Assembly: GCA_964035545.1 (NCBI GenBank)
Contig: OZ037768.1
Location: 8,712,741-8,776,740 of the forward strand
Direction of reading: 5' to 3'
Length of the DNA stretch: 64,000 nucleotides
Source of the DNA: Bugula neritina
Lineage: Eukaryota; Animalia; Bryozoa
The notes beneath the pieces are model-generated. The model was not told the origin of the DNA, ran no database searches, and worked only from the letters and a program-made list of their open reading frames with translations. Position 1 is the first letter of the stretch, and each line of letters opens with the position of its first letter. The position numbers and the translations under genes are program-made. Shown in pieces: positions 37,273 through 64,000 of the stretch.

Positions 37273-40200
37273 CTAATAATCCTGCAGCTCTGGTATATCT
37301 TTATATAACTCCAGAGAGTCTGGATTTCTGAACGCTGCCAGATGTTTCACAGCTACTCCAGCTATCACATCTCTCACAGCCAGTTCTACCTTCTTCCCGC
37401 TAATCGTATACTGCAAAAAATGCAAATCATTTCTCACATGTGAAATTCAAACACATTACATGCCCCTCCCCTACTCAATACAATGCTACCGAGCAGCGCA
37501 GTGGTGCAAATGCATAATAAACATTGCTAGAAATCAACCTTGAAAGTATAGGATGACAATAACATTAGAAGTGTTCTTTTCACTTTTAATTTTAGAATTT
37601 ATTATGCATAATTTGTGCACTATAACTGAATTTGAAAAATAAATGTGGTCATGGCACTAAAATGACAAACAGATTTAAGGAACTTTAGCGTGATGAAAGA
37701 AAGTCCCAATATTCATATTTACAAGTACTTAAAATAAAATCTGGCAAATTGGCCCTTTGACTGGCAAAATTTTTGAAAATTTGCTGCAAGTTGATTGAGA
37801 ACTCTCACTACAGGTCAGTTGGTTGAGCAAGTTAAGTTGAGTGAAGTCTATAACTTGGTAAAATTTTACAGAAATTCCAGTCAAAATTATTTCAACACAG
37901 CACTGCCTGTCTGAGCCCTAATCTAACAAGTCATTGATTACTTTAACCAAGTTTTAGACAACAATGCCTGCTTAGTACAATAAAGTAATGTATTCTTTGG
38001 TCCAAAGTTGCACTATACTCTGTAAACCATAAGAATAAATATTGAATATTGGAAATGACCTTGCATAATTGAAGTGTTCTTACCAGTCATGATAATGCTA
38101 AGATTGAGGAAAAATCCCTGAGCTGTAATTTGAAGTTACATTTACAATACAAAAAAACTTTACTCACTCAAAGACAAAGCCCCCATCACAACTATTACAC
38201 ACTTGTTTAAAATACTAACTGGGATATCAGCAGTTTGTAGAATAACGGCTGGCACATGTCTGGCTGACAGAAGTTGTCTTATCTCAGTGCGGACTTTCTT
38301 CAGTAGCCGTTCGTCTAATAAAAAGCCGTTATGAAGCTTTAGAAAGAGAATGACTCTCTCTTCTGAGCCTGCTCTGTCACGCTGAGCCACACACACGCTG
38401 TCCTCGATCTCCTGTATACCTTCAACTGCAAAACACTCCATTATTCAATAAATATGCACGAAAAGCTCGCGCGAGCACACACACAGTCACTGTAATTGTG
38501 AAGTAGCAAACAAGACAAGAGCCAAGTCACCATCAAACAGTGTATTAATTTGAAAAGGTAGAGTAGAAGCAGTGGTTATTCACACTTGGTAACATGTAGT
38601 GGTAAGCAGGACTCACAACTTACCAATGCTATAAATCTCTGCACTACCGAATCGAACACCATTAGGATTGAGTACCCCATCACTACAAAATAAACTCTGG
38701 GGATAACCTTAAGCTATTGTGGGAAGTGCCAAACTTTACAAAACTTTTTTAAATAAAACTAAATTGTGAAAATACGCAGCCAAAATTATCTCATATTTAC
38801 TATGTATGATGTGAGTATTTTAAACTAAAGTATGTTGGATACAAAAAAGTAATAGTGACATTTTCTTTAGCTTTGATTAGGAAAATTACTTCGAAACAGT
38901 ATTTAAAAGCAATCAATGAACAGTTATGTAACTGCAATAAAGAATCACAGCTTATAAATAAAAAAGATGTTCTAAATAAAATCATGTTACAAATAATCCA
39001 TGAAAAAAGAAACAAGATGAAGTATTTCCAAGAACTATCACCTTCTTCCAAGCATGAGCATACCACCAGTCTGTTTGTTGATTTGACAGTAATCCCCATG
39101 ACTCCAAACACCTATGTAAACAACAAGGTATATCTAAATAAAAAAAAACATGCATACGCAAATTATGACAAAGCCAGTTTGGTGTAGTGTACATAATACA
39201 TAGACATAGTTTTATACCTGGAAACTTAGAAAAATATGCCTTTCGATATTTGGATCCATCTTCATCATTCCAAAAGAATACAGGCATGGATGGAAATGGC
39301 TTAGTAACAACTAGCTCTCCACTTTGGTCATAAACAGAATTACCTGCACAAATAAAGTGGGCAACACATCATAATTAGACTTAAAATTTATGCTGAAGCA
39401 ATAGTTTAAAAATTCAAGAAAACACAACTCTATATATTGCTCGAATAAGATATGTATATTAGTAATTTGAATACACAAACCTATACATGATTCAAAAGAC
39501 TCAACCATTTAAGTTTGTAATTATGCAGCCTTTTTACTAAAATCTACTAAAAAAATAACTATGTTTTGCAGATGAAAAGTTAACCAACATTATAGAAAAG
39601 GCCCCAAGAATGGTGAGCACCTGAACCAGTATTGGCTCAGACTAGAGAACGTAGATACTTGTAACACCCACCACTTTCATCCCAGCATTCCACCGCACAG
39701 CCAAGGTTTCTGGACTGAATTTCTCCCTTATATACTGGTACAGTCCAGTTCTGTGCAGCAAAACAGCCCACAATGTCTGTCCCACCTGATAACACAGTCA
39801 GCATGGTATATGGCAAACACAGCTGAATACAGAGTTCAACGTCTACTCATATGAATTCTGCATACCATTGCTATGATAAAGGCACTTGTGGGATTCAATG
39901 TTTATAACATTTGATTGCTATTACATAATATTTTGACAGTGTAGTAACTAAACTACAAGCTAGATAGCATATTAACATACAAACTGTCTAGTTACTTGCC
40001 ATGACAGCTGATGAAATGATTGCTAATAAACATGTACATGATAAACACACTCAACGCTCTAACTCATTATGGAGACAAAATAGCGACAGGAATTATAGCA
40101 GAGAGTCATAACAGAGAGTTATAGTAGATAGTACGAGGCGTAGTATGACAGTTCGTACCAGTGATAGAGCCGAGAAGCAGGTCTGACTTGACATATTGAT

Positions 40201-43200
40201 AGACATACTCATAAGCTTCTGGTTTCAGAGGAGATCCGGTAGAGAGAATGGTGTGCAGACTTGTCAGCTTGTGGGTGTTGACTGAAACAGGAAAACAAAC
40301 ATGACATCACTCTATCTTCATAACAAGAGTAATAAAAAGTTCAACAACACAACAATAAATAACAACTCTTTTGTTTCAATTTCTGACGGGAGAAGCCGTA
40401 CTTTCAAAACTTTCCATAAATAAGTGAATGCAGGTATACAGCATAAAACCACTCTTTTTAATAACTTGTAATTTTAGTAGGTTTCAGCATCAGAAAAACC
40501 TTGAATAAAACACTTCAAGACTTTGACCTAATTATATGCAATATTGACTAAATGGTATCAGATGACTGCAAAAATTTGCCCCAAGTTTACAGATATGAGA
40601 AAATAAGTCATACTCGGCTTGATGGCCTTGTCTTCCAGTACTGCCAGCCATTTAGCCCCAGTTCCAAGTATAGTAATATTCAGCCTGTCTATTAGGTCCC
40701 ACAGTATGTTAGCACTGGGTATGAGGGGAGATCCATCATACAGCACACAAGTAGCACCTACAGTTAACATCCCAACCAGCCAGTTCCACATCATCCATCC
40801 AGTCTACAAAACACAAGTCAGAGCAGTGTTGTTGGAATCCAAAAAAGAAGTTACAACTTCATACACCATGATATCAACACAAATATTATAAGTTATGTAT
40901 TATAAGGAGTAGCCGTTGTCTAGGGGTTAGAGCATTTGCCTAGTAAGCACTAAGTCAAGGGTTTGAACACTGACAAAGCCCACGGGGTTTTTTCACAGTG
41001 ACGGCGACTATAAATTTGCATTTGTTTTATTATAAGTTATGTATTCTGTTTATTAAAGATATTTAAACCCTTTTAAACTTATTATCAGAAATGACATAAT
41101 GGCAAACATAATTCAATTCATAATAGATTAGATGTAAATAATGCTAGACACCTTCAATTGATGCAATATACAGTGCATGTATATTACATATATATTTTAT
41201 ATACACAGACTCATGCATGCAAATAACTTTACCAATGTTTGAGTAATTACAGAGGGGCATGAAGGAAGTTAAGCTTTAATTAGCAGTTTACAAATGCTGT
41301 TATTTAAACCATTTAAACACATTCATTACATGCCATCTATGCTTTGAAGATACCGGCACAACAAACCATTAGTCAGTACAGCTACATATATTCAGTTCAC
41401 AAGCAAACATAATAGAGTGACAGCAAGCTTGAAGCAAAGCATTGTACAATGCAAACAGGTATTTCACTAAGTAAATAAGGTGCTTAACAAACAAATCTTG
41501 CATTAGCAATATATCTCTACTCACTGTAGTGTAGTAGAGCATGACATCGGATCTAGTGGAGTTACCTTGCAGAATATGTTCCTCTAAGTGTTTCAACAAC
41601 ACACCCTAGAGATGTAAACAGAGGTAATTGAAGGCTACATAGTATAACATACAGTGTGATTGCATACACAGACTTTAGAGCTACCAAACTCCATTGGTAT
41701 GGATTATAGATTATTATATTGAAATGTAAAAGAAATTGAAATGTAAGTGAATCTAATATCGTACCATATTTCCACAAGCAATCATATGATATTCAAGAGA
41801 GTTTGCAACGTTGCAGAAAAGTTATCATAAAATATTTATATACAAATTAGAGAATTGTAAATTTAGTGACTGATGCATGTAACACGCACGCTAAAGTACA
41901 GTGAACATAATATATCACATGAGAGAATAGAGAATAATTTGCTCATGAACTTACACCCTGCCCATGTACCATGCACTTAGGCACTCCTGTGGTCCCTGAG
42001 GAATACATGATGTAGAGTGGGTGAGAGAAAGGCAGCTGCTCAAATGTTAATGGAGTTACCTTCTCTTTTGGATCAACAGCTGTGAGGTCATCGAGCCAGA
42101 TGCTGTGAGCAATGTAATGAGGACACTTAATTATGATGACAGCTGAGATGTCATAAATATGCCATAAATAAACTGTACTATGTCTAGCAAAACAATGTGT
42201 TTTCTATCAGAAAATTATCAAATATTGTGTACAAATTTATTTGAAATAGTGTAAAAGAAATTCTCACCTTTTTCTGCCATGTCCCGATTGGATGGTGTAA
42301 ATAAATATGTTTAAAATTTTACAAAGTACTACAGAAAGAGTAAAAAGTATTTAGTTTGTAGATTACCTTTTACTGACATTCGATAAGTCTAAAAACTCAT
42401 CTTCAATATATTTAATAACAACAACTTTTTCCAAGTCAGGTAAACCTACAATGGAATGTGACAGACCATGTAAGTACAAAATAGCAGTTGCTGTACTAAT
42501 ATTACACATCCGCATGTATATATATATCAAGTAGATACACAGCTTACATAGTTTATATTACATATTTACATGAAAAGACTAGGATGCAGGGTGACTAACT
42601 ATTGTAAACATAACACTAATAATCTACCAGCATGTGTTGAAACTTACATCTCCATTAGCAACAATTCACAATGGGGTTACACATGTCAGTCAACACAGGT
42701 TAACATAGATTATAGCGTTACAGTGCATGCCTTCATAACATGAAACAAAATATTAAACTGATGTCACACACCTTGGACCACCTGCTGCAGCTTCTCCAAG
42801 TGACTATGCCTCTTCCCATTATACTGTACGGCATTCACGGAGAACAAGACTTTGGGTGAGATCTGAGAGAACCTATCTAGCACACCCTGGAAGAAGGCTG
42901 TTCAGGATTACAACATGCAACACATTGCACTACTCTCCAGTTAACACATCTCTCAATACTAATAGCATAGCAAAACAGTAATAATAGATCAAATCAAGAG
43001 CATATATTTGGCATGTTTAGCAGCTTTTATTGTTTTGTACATTACACCAACTTAATAACATGAATATATAGTCCCTTTAAAAACAGACATGATAGAAAAT
43101 ATAGTCACTGCTTGAAAAGAGATACAAAAATACGTACAGAGACACCAAAGTCAGGCGAGGTAGAGCTCCATATGGCTCCTATACTCGAAGCTGCCAACAT

Positions 43201-44709
43201 TGCCACTATTGCTTCCACACAGTTTGGAATGTAACCTATACACAGCGCAGAGTGCAACTATCAATTGTGGAGTTGATATTACATTATTTAACTATAGTCT
43301 TGTAATTCAATGTAAAGAAGGAATACACAGTTTATAGAGCACTAGCAAGGCATAGTCTCTTACCTACAATACGATCACCAGAGACCACCCCAAGTTTCCT
43401 TAGCTTGTGAGCAAACAGTTCCACCATTTGACGAAGTTGAAAATATGTGACACTGTCCACACGGGAATTACCTTCCCCTGTAACAAAATATTGGCTTATG
43501 GTCACAAATACTTGCCTATCAGAGCACATGTAAGTGACGAACTATATGCAGTATAAAATAAATATGTTACATGAGTATATGAGATGTGCATCAAGTTATA
43601 CAATAAAAATACGTTATAAGCAATACCTACTAGCAACATACAAGGCAATGTGATCATCATTCCAATGCAGCACATTTTCAGCATAGTTGAGCAAAGACCC
43701 AGTGAACCATTTTGGAATGTCTGTGATACTTGCATCCTTTTCTATAACCTAATTACATTAACTGTTGATAATCAAAATAGCAATGAAAAATCTTTAATTA
43801 TGCAGTAAGTTGACAATAATATTGCAATTTTAATACATTTTTACAGGATGCAGCCAACCTTTTCAGATGAAACTAATTCAACATTATTGAAAATAAACTT
43901 TCACTTTATTTGTCTTGTACTACTGCTTTTGAAAAGCTTAATTAATTAAATCTGATATTTAAGTTTTAATATTTAAAATGCTAGTCTCGCATCTGAATAT
44001 ATTTGATTTGTATTAAATTTCTTACAAAGTCATGCAGAAATATAAAAGTACAATTTTCTTAAATATTTATCTGCAAAATTGAAACCACATTTTTGTTGAT
44101 GACTAAAATCTATTTCATTGAGTCATAAAAATTAGTCACATCACCTTGTCGTATAGTTTGGTAGCCCTAACTCCACAAAAGTGCCATACAGCTTCCCAGA
44201 AAGTGTCCACATTCTCTAATGACCATTCATATAAGTCATTATAGGTATCTGAAAAGACAGTAAAATAATAAGTGCCTAAATATTACTCAACAAAAAAAAA
44301 AAAAAAACTGTTTCACTATGAAATAGGAGTTCTGATTTCTGAATGTAGCATAGAAGTTGGCATTTTACTAGTTTCTATCATTTTCTCTTCGATTAAAACA
44401 AACAAAGCAGTTGCATAAAAAATCTAGACTTGAGGCTTATAAATAGAAATCAAAACTTATCAATATAAGGTATCTTTTTACTTGGGTACAAATATGACTA
44501 GTAAGATAAGAAAATAACCTCTGCAGAGGAACGAATACCTAAGATGATTCATCACATGCTCACTTTCCTGAATAAATTCAAAGTGTATGAGACATACCTG
44601 CTCCAAATTCTGGATTGCTACTTTGTAAATATTTAATAAAACTTCCTATCCTTGTTGTTGGAATTGCTTTTGGAATCCACAACGGTTGGTTGTCTACACT
44701 TTGCCGCAT
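37273..44709 (-). CDS. AACS: Acetoacetyl-CoA synthetase, multi-exon
   Basis: Exonic motifs in order: [94 protein letters not shown]; GT-AG junctions where checked. Confidence 0.93.
40902..41027 (+). mobile_element. Short insertion with degenerate tRNA-like A/B boxes (SINE-like), flanked by 18-bp direct repeats, in an AACS intron
   Basis: TATTATAAGTTATGTATT at 40884-40901 and 41028-41045; internal GTCTAGGGGTTAGAGC (D-arm-like) and GGGTTTGAACAC (T-arm/B-box-like). Confidence 0.6.
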
Positions 44710-45547
44710 TCTCCAACTCAATCTTTAATTATAAGTTTTAATCAAAACTATTATAACAGCAACTGTAATAATTTTTGTTACCAAATAGTACTAACGTATA
44801 AATATTTCTAAAAAATCAATGTTAACATAAACCTAAATTAATCATTGATAATGTAATAACTGTAACTAAAATTAATCGTTAATGCAGAGTTTCAAGCTGG
44901 AATTGCAAAATTCAAACCAAAAACGTGATAAAACTAAAACTCAAGGTTAATCTAAATTACACTTGATTTTTTATTAGTTTAAATCATGACAGTAACACTA
45001 ACTCCAGTAATGAGTAATGTAAAACCAATCATACAATATTGAATATTTACTTCAGACCTCAACACCAAAGCAACATCAACAGCTACTAAACAACTTACTA
45101 CTTTAACTTATGCTTATAATCTATGCATAATGGTAATATTTACTGCTCACTTGTGGTTACTTACTCTAAATACCTTCAGCAATTGCAAGTTCCAGTAGTA
45201 AAATTAAATTTATGCTAGACTTAGAATTTGATGCATATTAAGCTTACATTCAAACTAAAAGCAAAAGCTAAAGACTAATTCTAATAGTTAATCTAAGACT
45301 CGGGATAGAATAGGAATACCTATGACTATGAGGTTAAGTCTAACTTCGAGTTGAAGACTTTGAGCAGATCTTTAAATTAGTCAAAGACATGAGTCTATCA
45401 TGATATAGTTAGATCAAATCACAAGAGTCAGACCTAGACTTACTTTTGCTGTTTTAGAGTCAGTGTATCACATAATCTTAATTTTGTAACTTATCATCAA
45501 AACAATCAAGTTAAAACTAAATTGAATTTTTATTTCAATTTAAAACA

Positions 45548-46640
45548 ATTACTGCTACAGCAACTATTACTACTGCTATTATTACTGCTATTACTACTGC
45601 TACTACTACTACTACTGCTACTACTACTGCTACTACTACTGCTACTACAGCTAGTACTACTACTACTACTACTGCTACTACTGCTACTACTACTACAGCT
45701 ACTACTACTAGTACTATCTGTATTAGGACTACTAATACTAATAGTACTTGTACTACTACTAACAGTAATATTACAGCAATGCTATTAGTATTAGTCACTG
45801 ACTATTAGTATTACTAATACTAATAGTGATACTATTAGTAATACTAATAGCTTTAGTATTACTATTAGTATTAGCATATTAAATTTCATATTGATAATAA
45901 TGTTACTTATAGTTATACTTTAGTGATTTACTCATACTGTTAGAATTTGTATTTGTATTAGAGTTTAGACTATTACTAACAGTAACACTAACACAGTAAC
46001 AATATGAATATGAATATTAATAACAATTAAAATCAATTTTTAAATACATTTAGTTTTACACAGCACTGTCAGTAGCACTAACAGTTTAACAGTAACTGTA
46101 AGACAAAGTGTAACAGTAGCACAGCGTTAATTTACTTAAATTTAATGTTAATGTTATAGTTACTGTTATAATATTACTGAAAGTTATCATTATGATTTAG
46201 ATTATGCCTATACTTAAATGCTTGCACTGGACTAATACTAATAGTAATAGTAATACCAATAGAATAGTAATTACTAATACAAATAGTAATAGACTAATAC
46301 CAAATCCAATACTTATACTAATACAGTAATAGTAATACTAATAGTAATAGTAATAATAATACTTAATCATATTCATATTGATATTCTAATTCATAATGAT
46401 AATCTTATAGTTATACTGTAACTGTAAGACTAAGAGTAAGTGTAATACTAATAGTAATAATAATACTAATAGTAATAGTAATACTAATACTAAGTCTAAT
46501 ACTAATAGTAATAGTACTAGTAGTACTAATACTAATAGTAATACTAATACTAATAGTAATACTAATAGAGTAATACTAATAGTAATAGTAATAGTAATAG
46601 TAATAGCATTGCCATTAGGGCATTACTATTAGTATTACTA
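45548..46640. repeat. (TAC/TGC)n microsatellite and degenerate (TAATAG/TAATAC)n tracts upstream of the AACS ATG
   Basis: Visible directly at ~45548-45870 and ~46230-46640; these generate the spurious poly-Leu/poly-Val ORFs. Confidence 0.9.
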
Positions 46641-49014
46641 TTAGGCTCAGCTATACCTATACTACCATAAATCACTCAAGTAGTTCAAGTTTTGATTAAG
46701 GTTTTGTCAATAAACAACAAAAAGAAAGTATAACAAAACCCTGTGGTTATGCTGACTTCTATTACCAGCATTAATTATTAAAATTTTTATTTTGAAATTT
46801 GCAGCATGACAAGAATTAGAAAACATTTTCTGTTTTGTCTGCGTTCCAACAGGCTATTGGGGTATCCCCACAGTATCTCTTCTTACACAAAGGTGATAGA
46901 GGCTAACATACCACGCTGGTGTATTTAAAATCTGCGACGATTGGTCGATGAGAATAAGACCACATTTGCATCCATCGGACCACGATGGTTGGTGTAAGAG
47001 TGAATAACTCTGTGTTTCGCAGCGAATAGCTATTACAAATCAATTACTAATTAATAATAATAGTATTATATTAATATTATACAATCTTGGTGGCAAGCAA
47101 AGATTATTGCATTAAATATTTACATATTATATTCAAAAGTTTATAGTCAGAAAAGCTCAACAGAGTTTAAATAGAATGAGTTTCAAGCTACATGCACACC
47201 TTAAAAACTAGATTCCCAAATTGTATGCCTCTTTGACTCAAAGTGAGGAAACACATCACATTATACAAAAGAAATTTTCAGAAAAATTTCTAGCAAGGAT
47301 ATTAAGGTGTATGTAGTGGAAGACAACTGCTAATAAAATATAAAATTATTATGAAGTTTCATAAAACACTTAAGTAAAACAATATCTTTTTATCAACAAG
47401 TCATATACAGGCATTTGAACGTGTAATAATTGAAAAATATACAATTACTTCTACATAATATTATGTAAGATATCATTAATTAAAGAAGGTTAGCAGCTTC
47501 ATGACTTTTATGTAGCACTCATATATTTAATTTTAGTTTCTTTATTTTAAAGTTACATGGCTCTTTGACAACTTGGAATAAATCTAAGGAAAATTTCTTA
47601 AAATAATAATATGATGATGACTTTAAAGAGTTTTTAAACAAGTTTATTTATTACTTATTGCTCATTTCCCTTTCTATTATAGGAAATTTTATGTGGCAAA
47701 CACTAATCAAATTTATTACATATTGATTATTCACATTTTTTTTATAAAGAAGCATTTTTTACATTGACGCAATTTATTGACATTTAATATCAAAGCTAAC
47801 TGTAATTTTTTTGTCACTATCTAAATAATAATATATAGCAAATACTTATACTTTATATAAATATGCATTAATTAATATACCTGAACTTGTGGAATTGACT
47901 GTTTAAAAAGGCAGATTATTTAAAAAACCATATTAGGCATAATTTTCATTTAATAATTGTAGCATTCTGTTCAATTATTTCAACAGCATGCAGTGCTTTT
48001 CTGATATGATGCAGGTTCTATAGGCCTACTGTAGGAGTTTACTGCATTGCACAACCAAATGTTTCATATATAATATTATCATATGGTTATTCTATATATC
48101 TTGCAGTAATAATCTATAATATTTAATAATACATAATTATGTTTACCTTGAAACAATAATATATTTTATGATATATAATATTATATACCAATTACAATAA
48201 TATGTCTAATCATATAGATTATGCTTTCATTGTTTATGTATTTGCAACACACTTACACTGTGCAAAACTTTAGGACATTGCTAAAAATTAAAATACATAT
48301 TATATATAAGTTATAATAAATATGATGTACATTTTTTATGGCTGCCACTAGTATTCATTTATAATTATGTTACCCATATGAGAGATGGCTTATTGATAAT
48401 ATGGCAAACAACTTTTTATAACTCTAAAAAAATGCATAATATTGTGTTTGGTTTTGCATGATATAAGTGTAGTTACTTTGATGAAGGCTTCTTATTTCTA
48501 TTCAGAGTCAATTTGATAATTGATTAAAGATTTCAGATGTTATCTGTAACGGTAAGCAAGGCTTAGGGCAAATCAGTATGGTACATTTTAAAATCATTGA
48601 TTATTGAAAAGACTTTTACAGACTTTCAAAGGCCACGATGCGTAGTTTATTATACTAATCAGCCATACAGCTATTTATTATAACATTAACTAGAATGTGC
48701 ATAACCAATATTTATTGCCAATTCATTTTTACATTATAAGCTAACCACTCTCAGAAAAATAACTATAACTGAAAAAGTAAAAAAAAGATATAGTAATAGT
48801 GGAGATAGAAAGCATAAATCATAAATAATTAATGAAGTGAAAAGCTTAAATAAATCTTAGTTTATCCTAAGTCAAATACATGTAAATACTCAATCACATA
48901 CAAAATGGGTAAATTTCATTTTGAAAATTAAATTTTGCTATGCAACTATCATATTATATACAATACAATAACATGAACAGCGCTTCAAGTAATAAATAAC
49001 AATAATTTAAACAT

Positions 49015-62171
<13,157 letters not shown>

Positions 62172-64000
62172 CTGATACAAGTAAGTTTAGTTGAAAGGCC
62201 TTTACATACACTTATTATTAGCCATCTCTAATGAGATAATTTCAACTAAGTTTTTATAACATTATAGTAAAGCTGTTACCCGTGTATATCATATATTTTT
62301 CAGGGGATCAAAAATGTTAACAAAATAATGTCAGAATGAACCCCTATGGCACAGAACGAGGTGTCACTGCATACAATTATATCTACGATATGAGCTCACA
62401 AAAATATGACAGTTGTTCTATGGAGCTTAAGGTACTAAAGTAAACAATGGAGACTTTAGTTAAAGGCTGCTATTATAATAGGATTCACGAAAATAAATAT
62501 CAAACTAAATAGACTTGAAATAACATTCGAGATTGCTAGGCTGCGTACAATATCTCAATTAGACAAATGCTTTTATATCTAGTTTCACAACTAACCTAGC
62601 TAGGATTTTTATTTATTATTTTGTTTATTACTGCTTATAGCCAACAAAACTAGCTAACATGTAAATGGTTTTGACTTAACAAGTTGACATTACTAGATAA
62701 AACTAAATTTATGATAATTTTCCTATATATTTATGCTTTCATTAATTTTGGGAAATGCAACATCATGCACACTGGAGTAAAGAATTTGTTATTTAACACC
62801 ATAGGGAATAAGCCGAACAGCTAAAGATAGATACGCTTGTACATAATATTCTCATCAGGATATTATACACACTGCAGCAACTTATTGACTTTAAAATAAC
62901 TTTAAATTTGCTATTATATTAAATATTGACACTGGTACAGTTGATTACAAATATTGATATTTATAACTAGATCACAATAGAGAGACCAAATTTTGTGTAC
63001 CAACAGTAAGCTATGTCTCCAAATCTAGCTCGATCAATTGTAAGTTTATTCGTTAGCAAACAAAGAGGTTGAGGTCAAATTCACGGGTCGTGTTGGATAT
63101 AATAATATGTTAATATTATTTTATGAAACTGATAGTACAGTAATTTCATTTATAGACGTTATTAATTTGTTGGGTAAATATTTGATCATGTGTATAACAA
63201 GCAGAAATAACATTGGAGAATAACAGAATTTTAAATCAAAATTGCAAAACTAAATAATGGAATCATATATTCATATCCGTTGTATAAGTTAACCATGTTG
63301 ACATTAGGCTAAGCATTAATACATATTTTCTACAAGAGATTGGTTATTGTTATGTAACTAATGGCACACATATGCCAATAAATGCACATTTAGTCAGCCC
63401 ACTTGAAGGCTTACAAAACCTATATCTATTAATGGCAGCACCGATAGCAGAATATGAGGATTGCATAGGAAACCAGAATGCTTAGACTTCTTTTTATTAT
63501 TTTTTCTTTACTAATTAGTATTTTCATGCGACAGTAATGTACCATAAACTTAACATTTCTATCCATATTATTATTTCCGCAGCAAAAAGAGCTTAATAAA
63601 AAGACTCTTTTTAAATTTAGAAATAATTCTTTTATTCTGTATTCACATTCTACAAAATATCCAGGACTGTATTGCCTTGTGCAAATAATTTTACTGTGAA
63701 GGTTATTTAGTATTATTTATTACAATTTGAGTGTCAGCTTTTGAGATAGCAGCTAATTCTCTATCAGCTAATCATATTTCATGATCAGCATAATGAAAAT
63801 TTATATTCAACTAATTTGATTATCATTCATACACAGCAGTCTAATATGGATTATAATATTAAATTTTATATTACTATATTATTGCAATCATATAAGGGAT
63901 GGAAGACATCGCATGTCTACAAATTGCAAGAAATTAGTTTCACTAATTGAAGTTTGGCATGAATCAGGCTACTTTGAGAAAGCATAACGGTACAGTCCAT

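Noticed and set aside
37267-37275. Perfect GTAAGT donor immediately after the AACS stop codon
   Set aside because: It could be a 3' UTR intron but would not change the protein, and cannot be distinguished from chance without RNA data.
45522-45798. Poly-Leu (+) and poly-Val (-) ORFs
   Set aside because: They are translations of a (TAC/TGC)n microsatellite.

Overview
AT-rich, intron-rich animal (invertebrate) genomic DNA, not prokaryotic. Positions 1-6878 hold a GC-rich, apparently intact Ty3/Gypsy LTR retrotransposon on the minus strand. It has a 349-bp 5' LTR, a tRNA-Leu-type PBS, gag, a -1 frameshift signal and a pol frame (PR-RT-RH-IN). By my hand translation pol stays open from 5614 to the window edge, which is probably why the ORF track lacks it. 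Pol continues for at least 400 codons past the usual Gypsy C-terminus, into an acidic/hydrophobic segment and two zinc fingers. The LTR U3 carries six phased CCGA-N3-TCGG palindromes. Together these suggest an element-encoded transactivator with its own target array, which is my best candidate for a novel system (inference). Host genes in order: TBC1D7 (-), a DUF547 protein (+), two tandem type II membrane copper amine oxidases (+), a minimal group III secreted PLA2 (+), a 10-Cys colipase/prokineticin-fold secreted protein with a Ser-Gly tail (+), AACS (-) and a spalt/SALL zinc-finger gene (-). Also present are a Tc1/mariner-type MITE, a tRNA-like short insertion with 18-bp flanking repeats, and hexamer-phased AT-rich tracts near gene 5' ends. 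All exon structures were derived by eye; no database search was run.
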